Positions 9,983 through 21,681 of a stretch of DNA of 64,000 nt are shown one piece after another (position 1 is the first letter of the stretch; every line of letters starts with the position of its first letter). The notes below the pieces were generated by a model. That model searched no databases and had not been told where the DNA came from. It saw only the letters and a list, made by a program, of their open reading frames with translations. The stretch spans positions 128,001 to 192,000 of the forward strand of contig CAVYBU010000006.1 in the NCBI GenBank assembly GCA_963766735.1, in the 5' to 3' direction. Both the position numbers and the translations under genes were made by a program. The DNA comes from an uncultured Chloroflexia bacterium. GTDB taxonomy: Bacteria; Chloroflexota; Limnocylindria; Limnocylindrales; CSP1-4.

Positions 9983-10861
9983 TCAGATGTCCAACGTGTG
10001 CAGGTAGTCGCGGAAGGCGCCGCCGAACTCGGGGCGGGCGAGCGCCATCTCCACCGACGCCTGGAGCCAGCCCATCGTGGTGCCGGCGTCGTAGCGGACC
10101 CCCTCGAACGCGTAGCCGAACACGCTCTGCTCGTCCATCAGCGCGTGGATCGCGTCGGTGAGCTGGATCTCGCCCCCGGACCCGCGCTGCGTCTGCTCCA
10201 GCTTCTCGAAGATCTTCGGCGTCAGGACGTACCGCCCGATGACGGCCAGGTTGGATGGGGCCTCCTCCGGGCTCGGCTTCTCCACCACCTCCGTGATGCG
10301 GTACGTCCGATCGCGGTCCGGCCCATCGGTGACACGCTCGCCGCCGATGACGCCGTAGCGGGGCGTGTCTTCGTGCGGGACCTCCATGACCGCGACCACG
10401 GAGCCGTGATGCTGGTGGTAGGCGTGGATCAGCTGGCCGATGCACGGACGGTCCGAGACCACCACGTCGTCCGGCAGGATCACTGCGAACGGCTCGTTTC
10501 CGATCAGGTCCTTCGCCATCAGGACAGCGTGCCCGAGGCCCAGCTGCTCCTTCTGGCGGATGTAGGCGATCTGCGCGAGGTCGCTGATGTGCCGGACCTG
10601 GCGCAGCTTCTCGATCTCGCCCTTCTCCTCGAGCAGGTGCTCCAGCTCGAAGTTGAGATCGAAGTGGTCCTCGATCGCCCGCTTCTGCGAGGAGGTGACG
10701 ATGATGACCTGCTCGATGCCGGCGGCGACCGCCTCCTCGACGGCGTACTGGATGACGGGTTTGTCGACGAGGGGGAGCATCTCCTTCGGCTGGGCCTTCG
10801 TGGCCGGCAGGAAGCGGGTACCCCAGCCGGCGGCAGGGAAGACAGCTTTTCGGACGCGCAT
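9983..10861 (-). CDS. galU: UTP--glucose-1-phosphate uridylyltransferase
   Basis: RKAVFPAAGWGTRFLPATKAQPKEMLP, VEKP, GEIQLTDA. Confidence 0.96.
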   Translation of the reverse strand: MRVRKAVFPAAGWGTRFLPATKAQPKEMLPLVDKPVIQYAVEEAVAAGIEQVIIVTSSQKRAIEDHFDLNFELEHLLEEKGEIEKLRQVRHISDLAQIAYIRQKEQLGLGHAVLMAKDLIGNEPFAVILPDDVVVSDRPCIGQLIHAYHQHHGSVVAVMEVPHEDTPRYGVIGGERVTDGPDRDRTYRITEVVEKPSPEEAPSNLAVIGRYVLTPKIFEKLEQTQRGSGGEIQLTDAIHALMDEQSVFGYAFEGVRYDAGTTMGWLQASVEMALARPEFGGAFRDYLHTLDI

Positions 10862-10968
10862 CGAACCTCTCGGACGGGGGGAAGGAGCCAGCCCAGTATA
10901 CCCGTCACCTTCTCGCAACCATCGTGGGCCGCCCGGGATGTGGTGGCTGCGGGCCGGGGCGCCGCTGG

Positions 10969-11748
10969 TCAGGAGCGACCGGCAACCCCGTCCACGAAGC
11001 GTGCGACATGCCCGGAGAAGATCCGCGGCTGATCGAGGCTGGAGAGGTGCATGGCCCACGGGATGACGACCCGGCGGCCCTGCCGACAGGACGCAGCCCA
11101 CAGGTCGCCACCGGGCGCGAACACCGGGTCCAGCGCCCCGTTGATGATCAGGACGGGCGTCCACAACCGGCCGAGCCGCTCCAGGACCCGGCGGCCCACC
11201 AGGGACCGGACCGCGCGCGCGCCACCTGCGGGCCAGAAGCCGCCGGCGATGATCGGCTCGGCGATCGATCGGCGGTACCGGAGCCGGAAGAACCCGACAT
11301 TGAGCAGCTGGAGGACGCGCTGCGGCAGGTGCTCCAGGGCCCGGGCAAAGGCGCGGAACGGGAGCGCCATGAATCCGAGGGCCTCGCCAGAGCATCCCGC
11401 GAGCACCAGGCCCGCGACGCGGTCCGGAGCCGCATCCGCCACCTCGATGGCGACGAACCCGCCCAGGGAGAGCCCCACGAGGACCGCCCGTCCGGACGGC
11501 ACCTCGGCTTCGATGGCGGCGATCACGCCTGCCCGCGCGGCCTCGATCGACCACGGTTCGCCACCACGCTCGCCATGTCCGGGCAGGTCCACCGCAACGC
11601 ACCGGTACCGCGCGGAGAGGCGTCGCAGCTGCGGGCGCCACTGGCTGCGCGACAGTCGCGTCCCGTGCAGGAACACGATCGCGGGCGCATCGCGGGGACC
11701 GACCGCTGTCCAGGGACCGTGTCCGGTCGTGGCCGGGGCATCATTCAT
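10969..11748 (-). CDS. Alpha/beta fold hydrolase
   Basis: VFLHGT, DLPGHG, GLSLGG nucleophile elbow; TATGCT 7 nt before ATG 11748. Confidence 0.88.
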   Translation of the reverse strand: MNDAPATTGHGPWTAVGPRDAPAIVFLHGTRLSRSQWRPQLRRLSARYRCVAVDLPGHGERGGEPWSIEAARAGVIAAIEAEVPSGRAVLVGLSLGGFVAIEVADAAPDRVAGLVLAGCSGEALGFMALPFRAFARALEHLPQRVLQLLNVGFFRLRYRRSIAEPIIAGGFWPAGGARAVRSLVGRRVLERLGRLWTPVLIINGALDPVFAPGGDLWAASCRQGRRVVIPWAMHLSSLDQPRIFSGHVARFVDGVAGRS

Positions 11749-11770
11749 CGTCGTCAGCATAGCCCGGTGG

Positions 11771-12817
11771 TCAGGGAGGCCCCGCGCGCTCCCGTCGAGC
11801 CGTGGCCAGGCGGACGGAGGTGAACGGTATCCGGAACTCGCGGAAGACCTCCGACGAGACGAGGAACCCGGCCAGGAGGAAGACGACGCCCAGCAGCTTG
11901 CCGATCCCGAACAGCTCCGTGGAGCCGGCGCGATTGAGCGAGTCGGCGATGGTGGGAAAGAACGCGCCGAGGGCAATCAGGATCGTGGCGGGCACCCGCG
12001 AGTGCAGCCTGCCGGCGACAAGGTCCCGGCCCGCGGCCGGCAGCGAGGCCACGAGGTTGACCGCGATCGCCACCGGAGCGATGCACAGGTTGAACAGGAA
12101 CTGGTCGCCGGGCTGGTTGGGGTCCAGCGAGTACGGCAGAACGCGCTTCTTGGGCATGAACGTGTACGTGGAGAACACCGCGCCCAGCAGCAGCGACAGG
12201 GCCCCCGGGATGTTCATCACGGGGGTGAGCAGCCGGAGATAGCCCGGCATCGCGTCACCCACGGGCTGGCCTGTTGCGGGGTCCAGCGCGTAGCCGGGCG
12301 CGGATAGCGGGGGCATCACGACGGTCAGAACCGTCGCCAGCACGGTCACGGCGATGATCGCGCCCGCGGCAAAGCGCGGCCACCGCTCGTTGCCAAAGTA
12401 GGTCTCCATCCCGATCGCCAGGGCCAGGATGACCGTGCCGATGAGGTAGAGGAGCGGCAGCGGCCCCGCGCCCGCGTAGGCGGGGCTGTTGCGGATCATC
12501 AGCGCCACGATGCCCGACAGCAGGAGCAGGACCGCGTACGTGTAGCCGAAGCGGGTCCGGCCCAGCAGGAACGCCGTCCCCAGGCCCAGCCAGGCGGCCG
12601 TCAGCACGGCCCCCGCCAGGTACCAGGCCCGGTACAGGGTCTCGCTCCAGCCGGAGGCGGCGGCCAGGGCCTCCGAACCCGAACCAACGGCGTAGCACAG
12701 CATCCCGAACGCCCACACCAGCTGGAAGCCGTGCCGCCGGTCCCGCCACTGGTCCAGCAGCAGCACGGCGAACAGGAGGGCCAGCAGCGAGGTGACGGTG
12801 GGCAGGAGGACGGACAC
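11771..12817 (-). CDS. Polytopic membrane protein of unknown function
   Basis: About 9 hydrophobic segments; LYRAWYLAGA..TAAWLGLGT motif; coding-like codon usage. Confidence 0.8.
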   Translation of the reverse strand: MSVLLPTVTSLLALLFAVLLLDQWRDRRHGFQLVWAFGMLCYAVGSGSEALAAASGWSETLYRAWYLAGAVLTAAWLGLGTAFLLGRTRFGYTYAVLLLLSGIVALMIRNSPAYAGAGPLPLLYLIGTVILALAIGMETYFGNERWPRFAAGAIIAVTVLATVLTVVMPPLSAPGYALDPATGQPVGDAMPGYLRLLTPVMNIPGALSLLLGAVFSTYTFMPKKRVLPYSLDPNQPGDQFLFNLCIAPVAIAVNLVASLPAAGRDLVAGRLHSRVPATILIALGAFFPTIADSLNRAGSTELFGIGKLLGVVFLLAGFLVSSEVFREFRIPFTSVRLATARRERAGPP

Positions 12818-12831
12818 GGGCGACGCGGGGG

Positions 12832-13542
12832 TCAGGTTTCGGCCGGGGGCGCTTCGGGCTCGGGCTGGACGACAGACAGCTCCCCGGCAGCAGCCTCGTG
12901 GCCCGCCACGAACGCCAGCAGGAGCCGATCCAGAAGGCCGGTGGACACGTCGTACAGGTCCCCGATCCGGACCGCGTCAACGCCCCTGCGCCGGGTGACC
13001 ATGCTCATCTCCGCGAGGAACGGCCGTCGAGCGGACACGAACATCGCGACCCCATCCGCGAGCGGCACCCCGTTGAGCGCGAGCCGCTCTCCCAGGTGGG
13101 TGGCGAGGTCGACGGCGTCGCGCTCCGCCATCGCGCGGGCAGGCCCGGTCTCGTCCAGGTGGCGAACCAGGGCATCGACCAGGCGGCGGCCCGTCTCGCG
13201 AAACGACTCCCGCTCGGCGGCAGGGACATAGGCACGCGGGTCCAGACCGCTCCCGTGGGACTCGCCGTAGCGACGGCGGTACGCTGCGCTCAGGCGGTCC
13301 TGGCTGGCGCCCAGCCCGGCGAGGCCGTTGGCGGGGCCGGTCCGCCTGGATGCGATCAGGCGCTCGAGCGCCCGTCGATCGAAGCGACGATGGCCGCCGG
13401 GCGTGGTGAACGCGGGCACGCGACCCTCGTCCGCCCAGCGGCGCAGGGTGTCGGGGTCCACCCCCAGCAGGCGGCTCGCCGCACCCAGTGCGAGGCGATC
13501 GGGCAGCGGGCGGTCGTCGGGCAGCGGGCGGTCGTCGGACAC
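12832..13542 (-). CDS. Excisionase/MerR-like HTH DNA-binding protein with helical C-terminal domain
   Basis: AASRLLGVDPDTLRRWADEGRVPAFTTPGGHRRF is an HTH_17/MerR-type motif; GTG 13542 with GGAGA SD. Confidence 0.82.
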   Translation of the reverse strand: MSDDRPLPDDRPLPDRLALGAASRLLGVDPDTLRRWADEGRVPAFTTPGGHRRFDRRALERLIASRRTGPANGLAGLGASQDRLSAAYRRRYGESHGSGLDPRAYVPAAERESFRETGRRLVDALVRHLDETGPARAMAERDAVDLATHLGERLALNGVPLADGVAMFVSARRPFLAEMSMVTRRRGVDAVRIGDLYDVSTGLLDRLLLAFVAGHEAAAGELSVVQPEPEAPPAET

Positions 13543-13728
13543 GGGATCTCCGGATGGGGCTCCGGGGCCATGGTCACGCGAGCACAGAACCTGAGTAAAT
13601 CTGGGTATGGTTGGCCGACCGGACCGGGCGAGTGTAGGAGCGGTCGGACCGGGCGTCAAACGAGGCCAACTGGAGCCGGGGTCGGGTCGACGACCGGCCG
13701 GCGCCCGTCAGGCGGGCACGGGCGAACG

Positions 13729-14082
13729 TCAGGCGGGCACGAACTCGTGATCGTCCCGGTGGAGCCCATCACACAGCCCCCAGGCGGGCGGTTCGCCCGG
13801 CAACGGGACGGGGCGCATGATCTCGCGTACCTCGCCGCGACGGCAGAACAGGTGACCGCGCTCGGCCATCCAGCGGCGAACGCACGCTGGGTCCGAGTGG
13901 AACTGGTGCGGGCCTGGGTTGAGCGGCGTGGACTCCGCCCAGCCAACCGCCACCTCGGGAGCGACGATGTCCAGGAGGCTCACGCGCCACGGCGTCCCCG
14001 GGATGGTCTCCCGGCAGCCGTCACACCGGATCGCGAGGTTGTCGTTGACGATCGTACGGATCGTCACACCCATGATCTCCAT
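13729..14082 (-). CDS. Small Cys/His-containing hypothetical protein
   Basis: CDGC...HFH...C...CRR...CDGLHRDDH; GGAGG SD and TATTCT upstream. Confidence 0.7.
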   Translation of the reverse strand: MEIMGVTIRTIVNDNLAIRCDGCRETIPGTPWRVSLLDIVAPEVAVGWAESTPLNPGPHQFHSDPACVRRWMAERGHLFCRRGEVREIMRPVPLPGEPPAWGLCDGLHRDDHEFVPA

Positions 14083-14112
14083 CGCCTCCGAGAATAGCAG
14101 GAGGGACGATGC

Positions 14113-15111
14113 TCAGGGCATCACGTCGGGCACGGTCCTGGGCGGCAGACGGCGGGCCAGGGAGATCGCGACGGGTGCCAGGTGGCGGGCCCAGAAGCGG
14201 CCGGCCTCGCCGTTCGCGGCCTCGTGGTCAGCCGCGCAGCGCACGTACCCGCCGTCGCGCGCCCACGCGACCGCCGCGCCCAGGAGCGCGCTGGCGACGC
14301 CCCGGCCACGGGTGGTCGGGATCGTGTAGGCCGCGGTGATGCTGGCCGTTCCCGGGTCACGGACGATGGTCGCCACGTCGTCGGCGGAGGGGCCGATGCG
14401 CAGGTAGGCGATGGGCTGGTCGTCCGCGAACGCGACGAACGTGGCGCTCGCAGGATCCTCCAGCCGGCGACGCTGGATCTCCAGGACCGGGGCACTCGGG
14501 GTGCGCAGGAACACGGGCGAGGCCCGCAGGTGCCGGACAAGCCCCGCGTGGAGCTCGAGGACAGCGGCCGCATCGGCCGGGGATACGCGCCGGATGGTGA
14601 CGCCCAACGGGACGTCCGCCCCGGCCAGGGGCGACACGTCGCGGACCAGGTCCACGACGTGGGGAGCGAACCCCAGCCGGCCGAATGCTGCCAGTGCGGG
14701 CGCGTCGTCGGCGAGGACGGTGACCACGTGCTCCACGCACGCCGCGCGGACCCAGCCGTCGGCCAAGGAAGCGTAGAGACGTTCCACGACGCGCTCGACG
14801 TCCAGCGATCCGCCCGCCGCCATGCCGGCCGTCGCGTGCCCGATGTCCGGCGTGTAGGCCCAGCGGCTGCCGTGCCCATCGAGCAGCGTGGCCGCCTGGA
14901 AGCCCACGAGCTCACCCCCGGCGAGCAGTGCGGCGCCGTTGCCACGCTCCGCGAGGGCGCGGGTCAGCCGTTCCACGACGGCCGTATCGGACCACGCGGC
15001 CGGCAGGACGGGGACGGCCAGGCGCATGCGGCGCACGCCGACCGTGACGAGGGCCGCGGCAGCCGCGGCATGGGACGCGTCGAGCGGCACGACGGCAAGG
15101 GCACGGGTCAT
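14113..15111 (-). CDS. GNAT family N-acetyltransferase (tandem GNAT)
   Basis: C-terminal RGRGVASALL motif A and ANGEAGRFW. Confidence 0.8.
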   Translation of the reverse strand: MTRALAVVPLDASHAAAAAALVTVGVRRMRLAVPVLPAAWSDTAVVERLTRALAERGNGAALLAGGELVGFQAATLLDGHGSRWAYTPDIGHATAGMAAGGSLDVERVVERLYASLADGWVRAACVEHVVTVLADDAPALAAFGRLGFAPHVVDLVRDVSPLAGADVPLGVTIRRVSPADAAAVLELHAGLVRHLRASPVFLRTPSAPVLEIQRRRLEDPASATFVAFADDQPIAYLRIGPSADDVATIVRDPGTASITAAYTIPTTRGRGVASALLGAAVAWARDGGYVRCAADHEAANGEAGRFWARHLAPVAISLARRLPPRTVPDVMP

Positions 15112-15180
15112 GAGACAAGGATGCCGAGTCGGCGCAACCGGCGTCGAGTCACCGAGTGCGTCCTCAAGCGGTGCGGGAGG

Positions 15181-15257
15181 TGGTACCCCCAAGGGGATTC
15201 GAACCCCTGATCTCCACCTTGAAAGGGTGGCGTCCTAGGCCTCTAGACGATGGGGGC
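15181..15257 (-). tRNA. tRNA-Glu(TTC)
   Basis: Reverse complement GCCCCCATCGTCTAGAGGCCTAGGACGCCACCCTTTCAAGGTGGAGATCAGGGGTTCGAATCCCCTTGGGGGTACCA: cloverleaf, anticodon TTC, T-loop GTTCGAATC, encoded CCA. Confidence 0.97.
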
Positions 15258-15365
15258 CCGTGCCCGCGTGGGGCCGGCCGAGTGTACCAGAGGGGGTTCT
15301 CGGCCCCGGCCGGCGCGTCACCCTGCCGGGCCGGCGCATCCAGGCATCCGTCCGTCAAGACCGCC

Positions 15366-15767
15366 TCAGGCGCCGGGCGTGCCTCGCCAGATGAGGCTCG
15401 CGATCCACGCGGCGGCCAGGGACATCAGGGCTGCGATGGCAAACAGCCCTCCCAGCAGGGCCGTCAGCACCGCGGCCCCATCCCTGCCCTCGCGGCCGGC
15501 CCGCGCGACCGCCGCGACCGACAGGACCGCAGTTGCGGCGAAGACGAGCCCGCAGGTCGCGAAGCCGGTCGCCATCAGCGGCACCTGGAGATGGTCTCGG
15601 ACCAGCACCGACCAGGCGAGGAACCCAAGACCCCCTGCAAGCGCGACGAGCAGCATCACCCGAACGGGTGTGATCCGGATCGGCCCGACATGGTGCCCTG
15701 CACGACGGCGGCCCGACGGATCCCGCGGCACGGCGTGCGAGCGGGCGTCGTACTGGTGGCGGCTCAT
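15366..15767 (-). CDS. Small 3-TM membrane protein
   Basis: Three hydrophobic helices; TACGCT 7 nt before ATG. Confidence 0.7.
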   Translation of the reverse strand: MSRHQYDARSHAVPRDPSGRRRAGHHVGPIRITPVRVMLLVALAGGLGFLAWSVLVRDHLQVPLMATGFATCGLVFAATAVLSVAAVARAGREGRDGAAVLTALLGGLFAIAALMSLAAAWIASLIWRGTPGA

Positions 15768-15802
15768 CGCGGCGAGCGTAGCAGGGCGGGGCTGGCCGTG
15801 GC

Positions 15803-16438
15803 CTACTCGACCACTCCGGCCGGTGCCTCGCCACCCCGCCAGCGGTGATAGACCGCAACGTTCCAGGCGAGTCGCGGCCGCTTGAGCGCAGCGCCGGCCG
15901 CGACTCCCCGCTCCCCGAAGGCATCCGCCAGAAGGTCCTGCGCCTCCTCGACCGTGGCGAACGTCCAGAAGCAGTGCAGCACGCGGATCTTGAACCCGCC
16001 ACCCGCCAGGAACGGGCCGTCACGCCGGCCCCACGAGGCGTACTCGGGCGCGTCGGCGTCGCGCAGGGCGGAGACGTCGTCGCGCCCGTAGTCGTGGACG
16101 ACCAGCAGGCGCCCGCCCGGGCGCAGCGCCCGGTCGACCTCGGCCAGCTCCGCCCCGTCAACGCCGCGGAACCCGGACCAGAGGCTGACCACCGCGTCCA
16201 GGCTGGCATCGGGCACGTCCAGCCGGAAGGGATCCGCAAGGGGGAGGGCGAGCCCGGTGATGCCCGCCGCGGCAAGCCGATCGAGGAGGGGGCCGGCGGG
16301 CACGTCGATCAGGGCCAGGTCGCGTCCCGCGAGCGGGCCGAGCGCCTCGAGGGCCCGGATGATCTTGCCCTCCACGTCGGCGGCCGCCCTGAGACGTTCG
16401 GCCTGCGGAGCCGCAAGCTGGAACGGTAGGTCTGACAC
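15803..16438 (-). CDS. Class I SAM-methyltransferase-like protein (degenerate SAM motif)
   Basis: L..PDASLDAVVS and E..RALRPGGRLLVV motifs; glycine-rich motif I poorly conserved. Confidence 0.65.
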   Translation of the reverse strand: MSDLPFQLAAPQAERLRAAADVEGKIIRALEALGPLAGRDLALIDVPAGPLLDRLAAAGITGLALPLADPFRLDVPDASLDAVVSLWSGFRGVDGAELAEVDRALRPGGRLLVVHDYGRDDVSALRDADAPEYASWGRRDGPFLAGGGFKIRVLHCFWTFATVEEAQDLLADAFGERGVAAGAALKRPRLAWNVAVYHRWRGGEAPAGVVE

Positions 16439-16499
16439 GTCCCCACGAGCATACGTCGTCGGTTGGCGCCGGACTCACCCAAGTCGGACGGGAGCCGGG

Positions 16500-18047
<1,548 letters not shown>

Positions 18048-18247
18048 GCGGCGGACCTCTGTGCGAGCGGGAACGATACAGGCCGCAGTGCAGGAGAGCC
18101 GCCCCGCCCTGCACCACGCCAGGAGGCGCGCGGGCATCGGCTGTCGGGACCGAGCCGGGTGATGAGGGCAGGAACCCTGCCCGGGCCTGGCCGCCAGGCG
18201 TCGCAGCCGACCCCACCGGCGGGCCCGCCGGTGGCATCATCAGGCGT

Positions 18248-18619
18248 GTGTTCGCCCAGCTTCGCGCGATGCCCCCCGGGATCCGCATCTTCCTCGGCTA
18301 CGCCTTCCTCGTCCTGGGCCTGATCGGCCTGTCGCTGCGCTGGGTCGTGGACCAGGCCATCAGCACTCCCATCTCGCTGCCGGGTCTGGTCGTGATGATC
18401 CTGCTCGCCTACACGATCTTCACCACGACGCTGGTGCTCCAGCGCAAGGAGGCGGCGCGGGGATTGGCGCTCGGCCTCTCCACCCTGACGATTCCCGCCG
18501 TGCCGCTGGCGCTGCTTGCGGCCCAGCCGCTGTTCGCAGTGATCGTGGGGGCGCTCGCGATCCTGCTCTTCTCCGGCCTCACCCGCCCCGCAGTCCGCGA
18601 CTGGCTCAACGAGCCCTGA
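18248..18619 (+). CDS. Small 4-TM membrane protein
   Basis: Four hydrophobic segments, coding-like GC3. Confidence 0.7.
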   Translation: MFAQLRAMPPGIRIFLGYAFLVLGLIGLSLRWVVDQAISTPISLPGLVVMILLAYTIFTTTLVLQRKEAARGLALGLSTLTIPAVPLALLAAQPLFAVIVGALAILLFSGLTRPAVRDWLNEP

Positions 18620-18798
18620 CCGACCACGCCCGGGGGAAGTGCCCGCCACGGGCCCATCGCCGATGGCACGACGACGGCAGCAACACGGGCACGGGCGCAT
18701 GGCCACGCGGGGCGCTACGCTTCGGGAAGCGGCACGGTCCTCCGTGCCGCCCGCGATCGGACGTCCCGCGGTCGCGGCCTCGAACAGGGAGCCCCGCT

Positions 18799-19605
18799 TT
18801 GACCGATCCCAGCAGCCGGCCAAGCCGTCGCGATCACAGCACCAGCCCAACCGGCACCTCACGCGCCGGTCGCCGCCAGACGGATCGCCGCAGGCATCAC
18901 GAGGTGTCCACGCTCGAGCGGCTGCGCACGCCGGTGCTGGCGCTCGTGGTCATTGCCGCCCTCGTGGGCATCGGTCTCTTCGTGTTCACCTCCGCGACGT
19001 CGCCCGCCTACGCGTGCTCGAGCATCGACACGATCCAGGCGCCCGCCGAGGGCGAGCTGGGCCAGGTCCAGCCGGACCAGGGCAGCGCCCATGTCCAGGT
19101 CGGCGACCGGATCACATACCCCGTCTGTCCGCCCGCCTCGGGCAAGCACGTCAACCGCGAAGGCTTCGGGCCGCTGGCGCCCAAGATCTTCGGACCGGAC
19201 GACCGGAGCGCTCCCGACGGCTGGGTCCACAACCTGGAGCATGGCGCGCTCGTGCTGCTCTACTCGTGCGAGAAGGGTGCCTGCGACGAGGCATCCCTCG
19301 AGGCGCTCAAGGGCTTCAGCGCCGGGTTCCCCGACAGCCCGGTCTGCGGCCTCCCTGCCGGAACGGTCGGTCCGGTCGTCGCGCGGTTCGAGGAGATGCC
19401 GGCGAAGTACGCGGCGCTCGTCTGGGACCGCGTCCTGTACCTCGACACGCTGGACGCCGCCGCGGCGTACGACTTCTTCCTGCGCTACGCCGAGCGCGTC
19501 GCCGATGATGGGACGTGGCTCGCTCCGCCCGAGCAGCAGTGCCCCACGCCGACATCCACGCCGGTCCCCTCGGCGGATGCCAGTCCCAGCCCGTCCGGCG
19601 GCTGA
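18799..19605 (+). CDS. DUF3105-family membrane-anchored protein
   Basis: Y...PPASGKH and WVHNLEHGALVLLY motifs; N-terminal TM. Confidence 0.8.
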   Translation: MTDPSSRPSRRDHSTSPTGTSRAGRRQTDRRRHHEVSTLERLRTPVLALVVIAALVGIGLFVFTSATSPAYACSSIDTIQAPAEGELGQVQPDQGSAHVQVGDRITYPVCPPASGKHVNREGFGPLAPKIFGPDDRSAPDGWVHNLEHGALVLLYSCEKGACDEASLEALKGFSAGFPDSPVCGLPAGTVGPVVARFEEMPAKYAALVWDRVLYLDTLDAAAAYDFFLRYAERVADDGTWLAPPEQQCPTPTSTPVPSADASPSPSGG

Positions 19606-19615
19606 AAGGAGACCC

Positions 19616-20599
19616 ATGCGGCTGTACGCCTACGAGGACCGGTACGGGGACGAGCGTTTTGGCGTCCTGGTGCTGGGCCGCCTGCTGACCGGAGCGCAGC
19701 TCGAGAAGCGAGGGGGACTCGACCCCGCGGTGGACACCCACCTGGGCATCGGCTTCCAGCTCTCGTTCCAGGACGGCTGGCTGCAGGAGGTCGCCCGCGC
19801 CGCGCGGCGCGCGCTCAAGCGCGGTGCCCCGCTGCTTGACCCCGGGGCGCGACGACCAAGTGCGGCGATCAGCGCGGCGAGCCTCGGCGAGAAGATCGTG
19901 TGCGTCGGCCTCAACTACGCCGACCACGCCGCAGAGGGCGGACGCGCCACGCCGGATCGTCCGATGCTGTTCGCGAAGTTCGCGAACGCGATCGTTGGGG
20001 ACGGCGAGGCCATCGTCCGGCCGCCCGGCACCCGCGCCCTGGACCTCGAGGTGGAGCTGGGGGTGGTGATCGGCCGGTCAGCCCGACGCGTGACCCCGGA
20101 CGAGGCGCAGGATCGCGTCGCCGGCTACGTGGTCGTCAACGACGTCAGCGCCCGGGACTGGCAGGGCAACCCGGGGGCGTTGCGCGAGGGAGAGAAGGGC
20201 GACGGCCAGTGGCTGCGGGCCAAGGGCAGTGACACCTTCCTTCCGGTCGGGCCGGTGTTCGTCACGGCGGACGAGGCGGACCCGGCGGCCGGGATGGCGC
20301 TCCGCAGCTGGCGGATCCCGGGGGACGGCCCCAGCGCAGGCATCCCGGTCCCGATGCAGGACGGCAACACGGCCGACATGCTGTTCACCGTCCCGCAGCT
20401 CGTCAGCTTCATCTCGCAACAGGTCACGCTCCGGCCGGGTGACCTCATCGCCACCGGCACGCCCTCGGGCGTCGGCGTGTTCCGCGACCCGCCCGTGTTC
20501 CTGCAGCCCGGCGATCGCGTCCGGTGCGAGATCGAGGGCATCGGCGCCGTGGAGAACCCGGTCGTCGACTGGACCGACGACACGCGCCAGGACATCTGA
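19616..20599 (+). CDS. Fumarylacetoacetate hydrolase family protein
   Basis: [49 protein letters not shown]; AGGAG SD. Confidence 0.92.
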   Translation: MRLYAYEDRYGDERFGVLVLGRLLTGAQLEKRGGLDPAVDTHLGIGFQLSFQDGWLQEVARAARRALKRGAPLLDPGARRPSAAISAASLGEKIVCVGLNYADHAAEGGRATPDRPMLFAKFANAIVGDGEAIVRPPGTRALDLEVELGVVIGRSARRVTPDEAQDRVAGYVVVNDVSARDWQGNPGALREGEKGDGQWLRAKGSDTFLPVGPVFVTADEADPAAGMALRSWRIPGDGPSAGIPVPMQDGNTADMLFTVPQLVSFISQQVTLRPGDLIATGTPSGVGVFRDPPVFLQPGDRVRCEIEGIGAVENPVVDWTDDTRQDI

Positions 20600-20639
20600 C
20601 CACGCCACGGCCGGCGAGGCCGGGAAGGAGGAAGGGTCC

Positions 20640-21668
20640 ATGCTCGCGCTCGTGAAGACCGCGCCCGGCCCGGGGCTCAGCCTCCTGACGGTCCCCGACC
20701 CCGTGGTGGGCATCAACGACGTCCTCATCCGGGTCCGCCGGACCGGGATCTGCGGGACGGACCTCCACATCGAGTCCTGGGACCCGTGGGCCGCCAGGAC
20801 GATCAAGCCCCCGCTGATCGTCGGCCACGAGTTCGTGGGCGAGATCGTCGAGGTCGGCTCCAACGTCGCGGACTACTCGCCGGGCGACATCGTGAGCGGC
20901 GAGGGGCACGTGACGTGCGGTCGCTGCCGCCACTGCCTGGCCGGCCGCCGGCACCTGTGCGCCAACACCGTCGGCCTGGGCGTCGGGCGGGACGGTGCCT
21001 TCGCCGAGTACGTGGTGCTGCCCATGGCCAACATCTGGCGCCACTGGCCGGGGATCGACGAGGAGGTCGCCTCGATCTTCGACCCGTTCGGCAACGCCGT
21101 GCACACGGCCCTGGCGTTCCCGGTGCTGGGCGAGGACGTCCTGATCACGGGCGCCGGCCCGATCGGGCTCATGGCCACGGCGGTCGTCCGCCACGCCGGC
21201 GCCCGCTTCGTCGTGGTGTCGGAGCCCAACCCGGTCCGCCGGGAGCTTGCGATGCGCATGGGCGCCACGGTGGCCGTGGACCCGCTGGAGCAGGACCTCG
21301 GCGACGTCCAGCGGGACCTGGGGATGGTCGAGGGCTTCGACGTGGCCCTGGAGATGTCCGGCAACCCCGCGGCCATCCGGAGCGCGATGGACAACATGGC
21401 CCACGGCGGCTCGATCGCCATCCTGGGCATTCCCACCCAGGACATCAGCATCGACGTCAACGAGATCGTGTTCAAGCTTCTGACCATCCGGGGCATCTAC
21501 GGCCGGGAGATGTACGAGACCTGGTACAAGATGACGGTGATGCTCCAGTCCGGACTGGACATTCGGCCCGCGATCACGCACCGCTTCCCGTTCCGGGAGT
21601 TCGAGGCGGCCTTCGCGACCGCCCGCTCCGGCGACTCGGGCAAGGTCATCCTGGACTGGACCGCGTGA
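20640..21668 (+). CDS. tdh: L-threonine 3-dehydrogenase
   Basis: [49 protein letters not shown]; adjacent to kbl. Confidence 0.96.
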   Translation: MLALVKTAPGPGLSLLTVPDPVVGINDVLIRVRRTGICGTDLHIESWDPWAARTIKPPLIVGHEFVGEIVEVGSNVADYSPGDIVSGEGHVTCGRCRHCLAGRRHLCANTVGLGVGRDGAFAEYVVLPMANIWRHWPGIDEEVASIFDPFGNAVHTALAFPVLGEDVLITGAGPIGLMATAVVRHAGARFVVVSEPNPVRRELAMRMGATVAVDPLEQDLGDVQRDLGMVEGFDVALEMSGNPAAIRSAMDNMAHGGSIAILGIPTQDISIDVNEIVFKLLTIRGIYGREMYETWYKMTVMLQSGLDIRPAITHRFPFREFEAAFATARSGDSGKVILDWTA

Positions 21669-21681
21669 GCGGCACGGAGGA

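Noticed and set aside
12832-15257. Integrative element at tRNA-Glu (excisionase-like HTH nearby)
   Set aside because: No integrase, no duplicated tRNA 3' end seen, no compositional shift
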